Shown here: positions 1 through 5,256 of the stretch, in pieces
Layout: every line of letters starts with the position of its first letter
Position numbering within the stretch: the first letter of the stretch is position 1
IMG/VR virus record: IMGVR_UViG_2541047926_000003
Coordinates: 1-5,849 of that record
Reading direction: 5' to 3' (one strand)
DNA: 5,849 nucleotides
Source: a virus
Taxonomy: Duplodnaviria > Heunggongvirae > Uroviricota > Caudoviricetes
The notes under the pieces: model-generated
Told to the model about the DNA's origin: nothing
What the model saw: the letters and a program-made list of their open reading frames with translations, nothing else
The model's database searches: none
Made by a program: the position numbers and the translations under genes

Positions 1-146
1 GCGAACCACTCCGGTGGCTCAACACCTTTGATGGGCGTAAAAACAGGTTCATCTTTGTTCAGGGCTCGCTTGCCGGGGTTTCCGGCCAGCGCCTTGCGCG
101 CCGTTGGCTTGGGGCGACGCCCGGAACGCCCCGCCGTTCCAGCCAT
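1..146 (-). CDS. Terminase small subunit, N-terminal part only (gene continues past the window start)
   Basis: Minus-strand ATG at 146-144 preceded by AGGAG (about 8 nt upstream). Translation MAGTAGRSGRRPKPTARKALAGNPGKRALNKDEPVFTPIKGVEPPEWF resembles, from memory, the N-termini of P27-family phage small terminase subunits (basic stretch, then GNPGKR). Position directly downstream of an HNH endonuclease fits HK97-like packaging modules. Not in the ORF track because it is truncated by the window edge. Confidence 0.65.
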   Translation of the reverse strand, partial: MAGTAGRSGRRPKPTARKALAGNPGKRALNKDEPVFTPIKGVEPPEWF

Positions 147-196
147 ATGCGGCACTCCTGGTTAAATTTCATTTTTCGCGGGTATAAAAAAACGAT

Positions 197-245
197 GGGG
201 CGGGCAGTCCGGAAGACGTCAGGTCACAGAGATTTGACCCGCCCC
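197..245. repeat. GC-rich inverted repeat GGGGCGGG (197-204) / CCCGCCCC (238-245) between the HNH and terminase genes; candidate cos element or intrinsic terminator
   Basis: Perfect 8-bp inverted repeat read directly; arms separated by 33 nt containing the palindromes GACGTC and TCCGGA. On the minus strand the 3' arm is followed 4 nt later by a run of seven T (A-run 186-192 on the + strand). Function is inferred from position only. Confidence 0.4.
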
Positions 246-271
246 TCCCCTCAGACAGTTGAGAGTTATTA

Positions 272-622
272 TCACTTAAGCCGTTCACGGGCCGTCTTCG
301 CCTTATGGCACGGCCAGCACAGACTCTGCAGATTGCAGTCAGCATCAGTGCCGCCATGCGCTTTAGGGATAATGTGGTCAACGGTTTTCGCCTCACGCAC
401 CACACCGGCACGCAGGCACAACTGGCACAGGCCTTTGTCACGCTTCAGCACACGCGCGCGGATAACGTCCCACTTCGAACCATAACCGCGCTGGTGTCGG
501 GACTGTCCAGGTTTGTACTGCTTCCAGCCTTCGCTTTTGTGGCTTTCGCAGTAGCCTGACGGGTCTGTGGTTGTAGAGCGGCAGCCGCGAACACGGCAGG
601 CTTTTGGGGTTCGTGAGGGCAT
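272..622 (-). CDS. HNH endonuclease (phage packaging-associated HNH family)
   Basis: 116-aa ORF with paired Cys motifs (CRVRGC, CQLC, CWPC) and an HNH signature (DHIIPKAHGG ... NLQSLCWPCHKAKT). ATG at 622-620, TGA at 274-272. Sits immediately upstream of the terminase small subunit, as in HK97-like phages. Confidence 0.85.
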   Translation of the reverse strand: MPSRTPKACRVRGCRSTTTDPSGYCESHKSEGWKQYKPGQSRHQRGYGSKWDVIRARVLKRDKGLCQLCLRAGVVREAKTVDHIIPKAHGGTDADCNLQSLCWPCHKAKTARERLK

Positions 623-797
623 TGCATAATACTCTTGGTTGGTTCACGTGCGATATGTGGCATCCTTTTCAGAATCGATGCGTACTCCACTACGGTTTTG
701 CCATAAAAACCTCAGGATTTTTTTGTTAGACAAATCGATAGTAAACGTTCAAATTTACAAGATATTAGCAACAAAATAGCCTCTACAAGGAATCAAT

Positions 798-1346
798 ATG
801 TTTGATTTTACTCATTTTGAAGAGTTGACTTTAGCATCCCATCAACCCGATAGAATAATGACTATAGTTCGGTCCCAAGATGACATTGGTATCTATCTCC
901 GCACTCACCTTTTGATTGAACAAATCTTGGAAGCTTGGATTATCTGTGCCTCTGGTAACAGGGATTTCTTCAGCGGTTTTGGCGAAAATATCAACATGGA
1001 TTTTGCCATTAAAGCTCAGCTTGCGATGAACTATGGGATGAGCTCAGAGCTAAACAAATTTATTCGAAGGTTCAACAACTTCAGAAACAAACGTTCACAT
1101 CAAATTAACAACTCTGACATCACTAACAGTGAGATTGACTCCTTAACAAGTCTAATGGAGCACGGTTACCCTGATAGCTTGACCCCCATTAGAGATTTTA
1201 AGCTTGGGGTTTACGGAGCAGAAACTAGGGTTGTAAGTTTCACGGGATCCTCTACAAGCTTACGCGATAAGCTCATTATGTTATTCGCTATGTTTTCCAT
1301 GAGGGTACATTACGAAGCAAAATGCTTAAGCACGCCACAGAGCTAG
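798..1346 (+). CDS. Hypothetical protein (cargo gene A), 182 aa, with an R-N-x3-H motif suggestive of a HEPN-type RNase
   Basis: ATG at 798 with AAGGA (787-791) 6 nt upstream; TAG at 1344-1346. AT-rich codon usage unlike the flanking phage genes. Motif R96-N-K-R-S-H101 (nt 1083-1100) follows a predicted helix (ELNKFIRRFNNF). No family recognised from memory. Confidence 0.6.
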   Translation: MFDFTHFEELTLASHQPDRIMTIVRSQDDIGIYLRTHLLIEQILEAWIICASGNRDFFSGFGENINMDFAIKAQLAMNYGMSSELNKFIRRFNNFRNKRSHQINNSDITNSEIDSLTSLMEHGYPDSLTPIRDFKLGVYGAETRVVSFTGSSTSLRDKLIMLFAMFSMRVHYEAKCLSTPQS

Positions 1347-1424
1347 GCTCTACTTTGATGCTCTAATAACATTCGATTATTTGCATTTCCTGTTGCATTA
1401 GCGACCTGCCATTGAGGAGTAAAA

Positions 1425-1985
1425 ATGATCCATACGGTACATTTTTTGACAGATGTTACAGTTGCCTCTGTAACTAATCTGATGGATGTCTGCTTAAAAG
1501 CAGTTTCAAATACTAATCAACCAGCAACAGAAATTAAGCTCTATATTTCCAGCAAAGGTGGAGATACAGTTTCAGGCTTTACTGCTTACAATTTTTTAAA
1601 GTCACTTGGTGTAAAGGTTACTACGCATAACCTCAGTAATGTTGAATCAATCGCAAACGTGATCTATATGGCTGGAGAAGTGCGAACTGCCAACCCACTT
1701 TCTCGCTTCCTTCTTCACCCACTGCATTGGGGGTTCGCCGCACCCAGCGCAGATCACCTACGATTGAGAGAATGGGCTTCATGCCTCGATGACGATCTAA
1801 ATCGATTTATTCAAATCATGGATATTGAAACAAAAAAGAAAAATCCAAGTGAGATTGCTGATTGGAAGGATTTGATCACTTCGGCAACCATCCTTCATCC
1901 CGGAAGGGCCTCCGAGTTGGGAATTGTTCATCAAGTCGAGGCTGCAACCATACCCACGGAATCGATCCGCTGGTGGGTACTTTAA
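1425..1985 (+). CDS. ClpP-like (S14/ClpP-fold) serine protease homologue (cargo gene B), 186 aa, N-terminally truncated relative to canonical ClpP
   Basis: ATG at 1425 with GAGGAG (1414-1419) 5 nt upstream; TAA at 1983-1985. Blocks align, from memory, with E. coli ClpP: LYISSKGGDTVSGFTAY vs LYINSPGGVITAGMSIY; THNLSNVESIANVIYMAG vs TICMGQAASMGAFLLTAG; SRFLLHPL vs SRVMIHQP. Candidate triad Ser75 (nt 1647-1649), His98 (1716-1718), Asp149 (1869-1871) has spacings 23 and 51, close to ClpP Ser97/His122/Asp171 (25 and 49). Confidence 0.75.
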   Translation: MIHTVHFLTDVTVASVTNLMDVCLKAVSNTNQPATEIKLYISSKGGDTVSGFTAYNFLKSLGVKVTTHNLSNVESIANVIYMAGEVRTANPLSRFLLHPLHWGFAAPSADHLRLREWASCLDDDLNRFIQIMDIETKKKNPSEIADWKDLITSATILHPGRASELGIVHQVEAATIPTESIRWWVL

Positions 1986-2006
1986 AATCATAATATTCAC
2001 CATAAT

Positions 2007-2034
2007 GCGGGCTTAGAAGCCCGCTCTTTTTTTC
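2007..2034 (+). terminator. Rho-independent terminator ending the + strand cargo transcript
   Basis: GCGGGCTT-AGAAGCCCGC hairpin (2007-2024) followed by TCTTTTTTTC (2025-2034), 22 nt after the gene B stop. The hairpin overlaps the last codons of the convergent Rz1 gene. Confidence 0.6.
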
Positions 2035-2270
2035 TCAGCCTGCCTGATATCAGCCTTATCCCGATTGCACTGGCCAAGTGCCGATAGCAGACTGACATTT
2101 AAATTAAGACTATTACCCCATGTCATATTATCCGGAATGTCAGGATAAGGCGTTTCAGCCGTCAGGCTTGCTGGCAACGGTACCGCCGGAATAGGCACGT
2201 AAACTGTTCGCGTACTTCCGCAACCGGTCAGCAGCGGCAGCAGGCACAGGACGTGAAGCACAATCATCAT
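2013..2270 (-). CDS. Rz1: o-spanin (Rz1-like outer-membrane lipoprotein), overlapped out of frame with Rz
   Basis: Inside the 141-aa track ORF 2013..2438, the segment from ATG-ATG at 2270-2265 reads MMIVLHVLCLLPLLTGCGSTRTVYVPIPAVPLPASLTAETPYPDIP...: hydrophobic signal, lipobox LLTGC, proline-rich mature region. Starts inside Rz in another frame and extends about 140 nt past the Rz stop. Exact start uncertain; an in-frame TTG at 2276-2274 is also possible. Confidence 0.55.
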   Translation of the reverse strand: MMIVLHVLCLLPLLTGCGSTRTVYVPIPAVPLPASLTAETPYPDIPDNMTWGNSLNLNVSLLSALGQCNRDKADIRQAEKKRAGF

Positions 2271-2547
2271 CCGCAACAGCCACTTTGATATCTTCCTGGG
2301 TTCTCTGTGACTCCAGTGTGATCTGCTGTTTTGCATGCTGGTTAGCCTCCAGAACTGTATTGACGATTTGCAGTGATTGCAGGACGTTATTGGTAATGGC
2401 AGTTGCTGATTCAGCATTTCGTACAGCCTCATCAGCACGTTTCTTTTCGTACTGATATTTGCTGTAGTAGTGGTTGGCAGACCAGATGAAAGAACCGATG
2501 ACAGTAAAGAAGAATGCAGCGATAACCAGCTTATAGCTCAACTTCAT
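2155..2547 (-). CDS. Rz: i-spanin (Rz-like inner-membrane spanin component)
   Basis: 130-aa ORF. N-terminal transmembrane segment (KLVIAAFFFTVIGSFIW), then a charged, helical-looking periplasmic region. Start ATG 2547-2545 overlaps the endolysin 3' end by 17 nt. Position right after holin and endolysin is the canonical lysis-cassette order. Confidence 0.7.
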   Translation of the reverse strand: MKLSYKLVIAAFFFTVIGSFIWSANHYYSKYQYEKKRADEAVRNAESATAITNNVLQSLQIVNTVLEANQHAKQQITLESQRTQEDIKVAVADDDCASRPVPAAAADRLRKYANSLRAYSGGTVASKPDG

Positions 2548-3007
2548 TTACCACCCCACCAGCCTCTTTAAACCGGGAAATCAGGTCACTGATTTTATGT
2601 TCATACTGACCATAACCTGCACCAGGTAACGACGCCCAGATATTGCTGCAACGATCGATAGCCTGACGGATATCACCGCGATCAATCATCGGTAAAGCGC
2701 CACGCTCTTTAATCTGCTGCAATGCCACAGCGTCTTGGCTTTTCGGAGAGAAGTCTTTCAGGCCAAGCTGCTTACGATAGGAATCCCACCAACGGGAAAG
2801 AAGCTGGTAGCGCCCGGCTGCTGTTGATTTGAGTTTTGGGTTTAGCGTGACAAGTTTGCGAGGGTGATCGGAGTAATCAGTAAATAGCTCTCCGCCTACA
2901 ATGACGTCATAACCATGATTTCTGGTTTTCTGCCGTCCGTTATCCGTTCCTTCTGACCATGCCACCATATCGAGGAAAGCCTTACGCTGAGGATTAAGAT
3001 TTTGCAT
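2531..3007 (-). CDS. R: Endolysin, lambda R-type lytic transglycosylase
   Basis: 158 aa, near-identical over most of its length to my memory of lambda R (…QRKAFLDM.AWSEGTDNGRQKTRNHGYDVIVGGELFTDYSDHPRKLVTLNPKLKST…), including the catalytic Glu in WSEGT. ATG at 3007-3005 overlaps the holin 3' end. Confidence 0.9.
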   Translation of the reverse strand: MQNLNPQRKAFLDMVAWSEGTDNGRQKTRNHGYDVIVGGELFTDYSDHPRKLVTLNPKLKSTAAGRYQLLSRWWDSYRKQLGLKDFSPKSQDAVALQQIKERGALPMIDRGDIRQAIDRCSNIWASLPGAGYGQYEHKISDLISRFKEAGGVVNEVEL

Positions 3008-3299
3008 TTTTCACCCCTGTCAGTCGTTCCCAGAAGTACGTCAGTGCAACCGAACCCATCGCACCACTAATCCCCGCTGTCGCGAGAATCATGTAAATAC
3101 TGAATCCACTTTCGATGCTGATCAGGCCACCAATAACACCGGTGAATCCTGATACCACTATCTGAGCCAGAGCATTTATCCAACTCCACGTTGCTTTACT
3201 CTGCTTCACATCTATCAGGTAGCGGACCAGACCGCCCCAACCTGCGATGATCAGCAAAACGAGCCAGAACGCTCCGGCAAGGCTCTCTTTTTCGTGCAT
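2994..3299 (-). CDS. Holin (about three predicted transmembrane segments)
   Basis: Track ORF 2994..3311 starts at a TTG (3311-3309); the first ATG is at 3299-3297 (MHEKESLAGAFWLVLLIIAGWGG…). Three hydrophobic stretches and a charged C-terminus (ERLTGVKNAKS). Lies directly upstream of and overlapping the endolysin gene. Start codon choice unresolved, and no clear SD before either candidate. Confidence 0.7.
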   Translation of the reverse strand: MHEKESLAGAFWLVLLIIAGWGGLVRYLIDVKQSKATWSWINALAQIVVSGFTGVIGGLISIESGFSIYMILATAGISGAMGSVALTYFWERLTGVKNAKS

Positions 3300-3413
3300 A
3301 TGAATAGCCAATGTTTCGCCGCCGACAAAAGGCCGGGACGTTAAATGTCAGAAATCAGGCTCACGGGGTAATTTAACGACAAAGCACGGAGTTGATGCTC
3401 CCCGCAAGCCTGG

Positions 3414-3439
3414 AATAAAAAAGCCAGCATGTAGCTGGC
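3414..3439 (-). terminator. tR'-like intrinsic terminator of the short late leader transcript (minus strand)
   Basis: Minus strand reads GCCAGC-TACAT-GCTGGC followed by TTTTTTATT (stem 3439-3423, T-run 3422-3414). Located about 180 nt downstream of the Q stop and about 100 nt upstream of the holin, matching the lambda pR'-6S RNA-tR' layout. Stem is only 6 bp. Confidence 0.4.
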
Positions 3440-3561
3440 AACAGAGGGTTAAGCAATATCAACTCAACAGCTGAAGACACCCTGGCTGGGGTAGGTTGGA
3501 AGGCTACTCACCGTCCAGAAACAGAAAAGCCCAAAGTTTTAAACCTCGGGCTTGAATTTGG

Positions 3562-3590
3562 ATTACTGCCAGTGCGTACAACATTGGCAA
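3562..3590 (-). promoter_or_regulatory. Candidate late promoter (pR'-like), where a Q antiterminator would be expected to act
   Basis: Minus strand TTGCCA (3590-3585), 17-nt spacer, AGTAAT (3567-3562), just downstream of the Q stop codon. Hexamers are imperfect; assignment rests mainly on position. Confidence 0.3.
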
Positions 3591-3620
3591 AATATCAGAT
3601 TTACACGAAATATATGCTTT

Positions 3621-4310
3621 TTAATCCAGTTTTGCAATACTTTGCTGTGAAAATGTCGTCTTTTGTTTTGAACGTGTTTTCGTTAAAAGCAATAAAGCTT
3701 GGCTATCAAGCTGTAGAAAAATGTGCTTCATTGCAACCCAGCGTTCAGTAAATGTCTCAGACCAGTTTTTTGATGTCACTCCCACCAGTGATGCCAGCTC
3801 CTGGTATTCATAGGTCTTACGCCCTGCCAGCTCGTTCTTCACATCCTGTGCCGCCAGCCAGATCAACTTCTTTAAGCGTTCCAGTGTCTTACTGGCAATT
3901 TTTCTTGTACCTAACAGAGCCTTAAACTCGTTCCATGCCCACTGCGTTACGGCAACCTGATGCTCCCAGCGAACACTTTCGCTGTAACTCCACAGCAACC
4001 ACGCTTTCTGGTGTTCTTCGAGAGACAGAACCGCGCGGCGCCATGAAGATGTTGAGAACTCAACCTGGCTGACCAGTGCAATGGATGAACCTTTTGCGTA
4101 CGACTGCTTACCGGAAATCGGCGGATTATCCAGCGTAATCATCCTGCCAGTTACCTCATCCAGAATGCGCGGCTTCTTTCGTTTGTATGTACCAGTATCA
4201 AATTGAGCATGCTCCAGCCAGGCTTCAAGCTGGCCTTTCGTTACTCCGCTCAAATCAGCGGTAGCCACCATGAGTTGCTCGCGAACATACTGTAAATATT
4301 GGATATTCAT
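3621..4310 (-). CDS. Putative late antiterminator (Q-like protein)
   Basis: 229-aa ORF, ATG at 4310-4308 with GAAAGGAG 7 nt upstream. Lies between the rusA-ylcG block and the late promoter and lysis cassette, the position Q occupies in lambdoid phages. No similarity to lambda Q recalled; the family assignment is positional and needs a profile search. Confidence 0.55.
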   Translation of the reverse strand: MNIQYLQYVREQLMVATADLSGVTKGQLEAWLEHAQFDTGTYKRKKPRILDEVTGRMITLDNPPISGKQSYAKGSSIALVSQVEFSTSSWRRAVLSLEEHQKAWLLWSYSESVRWEHQVAVTQWAWNEFKALLGTRKIASKTLERLKKLIWLAAQDVKNELAGRKTYEYQELASLVGVTSKNWSETFTERWVAMKHIFLQLDSQALLLLTKTRSKQKTTFSQQSIAKLD

Positions 4311-4447
4311 GCGGCAGCTCCTTTCAGTGTTTTGGCGTAATTCTTCAGTATTCGGTAATCGGTCAAAACAGAACCGGGAAAACGATATAAGCGCAGGCGC
4401 ACCCAGCGGCGGCGAAGACGTTCTGCCATATAAGACTCAAACATCAT
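4307..4447 (-). CDS. ylcG: YlcG-like small protein (46 aa)
   Basis: Absent from the ORF track (too short). Minus-strand ATG-ATG at 4447-4442, stop TGA at 4309-4307. Translation [46 protein letters not shown]. Start overlaps the rusA stop (ATGA) and stop overlaps the Q start (ATGA). Same size and rusA-ylcG-Q position as DLP12 ylcG. Confidence 0.6.
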   Translation of the reverse strand: MMFESYMAERLRRRWVRLRLYRFPGSVLTDYRILKNYAKTLKGAAA

Positions 4448-4806
4448 TCATCTCCCAGTTCGGTGATGGTCAGCTCCAGCTTCCCACCTTTGGTAACGGG
4501 CATCTTCACAACGCGATAATCAACGACCTGAGCATCATCCAACCAGAAACCTGCTTTGGTGAGTGCGTCAAAAGCGGCCTTTTGTAGATTATCCAGGTCA
4601 CGGCGACGGCGATCCGGCATGTGACACTCAATGCGGATTTTCACTGGCATAGCCAGGCCGATATCCAGCATTGCGTTTTTAATGATTTGAGCGACGTTAT
4701 CGCGGTATGCCTGTCCCTCTGCGCTGACGTGCGTGCGCCCGCGATTATGCCGGTAGTAGCGGTTATTGCTCGGCGGCCAGGGTAGTGTGATGTGGTAAGT
4801 ATTCAC
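4444..4806 (-). CDS. rusA: Crossover junction endodeoxyribonuclease RusA (Holliday junction resolvase)
   Basis: From the GTG at 4806-4804 the product (V/M)[37 protein letters not shown]…[20 protein letters not shown] is 120 aa and matches my memory of E. coli RusA nearly residue for residue. The track ORF (4444..4869, 141 aa) is an upstream in-frame extension. GTG start overlaps the ybcO stop (GTGA). Confidence 0.9.
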   Translation of the reverse strand: MNTYHITLPWPPSNNRYYRHNRGRTHVSAEGQAYRDNVAQIIKNAMLDIGLAMPVKIRIECHMPDRRRRDLDNLQKAAFDALTKAGFWLDDAQVVDYRVVKMPVTKGGKLELTITELGDE

Positions 4807-5093
4807 GCCTTGATTACCCCCTCTTTCAGCCAGATAACCTGCGTTCTCGCCATACCTTCCAGCGCGCATTCTTTTGCGTACTCAGCATCGACAAAATGCG
4901 TGCGGCGGTCGATCTCATCGTGACAGGCAGAACATGCAATGGTGGCAATCAGGTCTGGCGGTTTGGTACCGGTGCCACACAATCCAGCCAGCCGGATATG
5001 TGCCAGTACAGACGTTTCAGAATTACCATTACATACGCCAGGGATTCTTACCTGGCATTCCCGACCACGCGCTGCTTTTCTCAAATCAGCCAT
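4803..5093 (-). CDS. ybcO: YbcO-like protein (DUF1364-type; putative nuclease)
   Basis: From ATG at 5093-5091 (AAGGAGG 4 nt upstream) the product [62 protein letters not shown]… is 96 aa, with Cys/His clusters. The track ORF starts at an upstream TTG (109 aa). Size, sequence and ninE-ybcO-rusA synteny match DLP12 ybcO as I recall it. Confidence 0.8.
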   Translation of the reverse strand: MADLRKAARGRECQVRIPGVCNGNSETSVLAHIRLAGLCGTGTKPPDLIATIACSACHDEIDRRTHFVDAEYAKECALEGMARTQVIWLKEGVIKA

Positions 5094-5256
5094 GATTCCT
5101 CCTTGCTGCCAGTCGCAACCATTTTTTATCAACCAGGCTGGCGGTATACCCTAGCAGTGTTGGTATTTCGGATGGCTTCAGCTCAGGCTTACGCTTACGA
5201 CGATTTGGTACTCTGTAGATGTGTCCGTTCATGACCCGAATAAGCGGTGTAGTCAT
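5086..5256 (-). CDS. ninE: NinE-like protein
   Basis: From ATG at 5256-5254 (AGGAGG 4 nt upstream) the product [56 protein letters not shown] is 56 aa; the basic KPxxKP…WLR pattern resembles lambda NinE as remembered. The track ORF (77 aa) is an upstream extension. Start overlaps the upstream gene's stop (TAATG). Confidence 0.65.
   Translation of the reverse strand: MTTPLIRVMNGHIYRVPNRRKRKPELKPSEIPTLLGYTASLVDKKWLRLAARRNHG

Noticed and set aside
147-485. + strand ORF of 112 aa, plus overlapping ORFs 169..441 (-), 305..559 (+), 438..647 (-) and 445..690 (-)
   Set aside because: All lie antisense or out of frame over the HNH endonuclease gene and the cos/intergenic region; GC-rich sequence throws up long spurious frames, and none has a recognisable motif or ribosome-binding site.
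623-797. Promoter for the cargo operon, and ToxI-like tandem repeats upstream of gene A
   Set aside because: Several weak -35/-10 candidates (for example TTTACA 754-759 with TAGCCT 777-782) but none with convincing spacing or distance to the SD, so no promoter is called. No tandem direct repeats are visible, which argues against a type III toxin-antitoxin layout.
1425-1985. Gene B as a phage prohead (head-maturation) protease
   Set aside because: ClpP-fold prohead proteases exist, but they sit between portal and capsid genes on the phage coding strand, usually with a scaffold. B is on the opposite strand, AT-rich, and flanked by lysis and HNH/terminase genes. Kept as a formal alternative only.
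1797-2003. 68-aa minus-strand ORF inside cargo gene B
   Set aside because: Antisense to a well-supported coding frame, no SD, and composed of AT-rich low-complexity sequence.
2013-2438. Full 141-aa minus-strand ORF taken as a single gene
   Set aside because: The N-terminal 56 residues are Rz coding sequence read out of frame; only the part from the internal Met-Met (2270) looks like a lipoprotein (Rz1), so the long ORF is not annotated as such.
3312-3620. tRNA genes or a CRISPR array in the Q-holin intergenic region
   Set aside because: No T-arm (GGTTCGAATCC-like) or cloverleaf-compatible sequence and no repeat-spacer periodicity anywhere in the window.
4270-4587. + strand ORFs 4270..4587, 4874..5095, 4896..5234, 4939..5154, 5221..5457 and 5469..5825
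   Set aside because: All are antisense to the tightly packed, strongly supported minus-strand genes (Q, ylcG, rusA, ybcO, ninE, ybcN) and have no recognisable domains.
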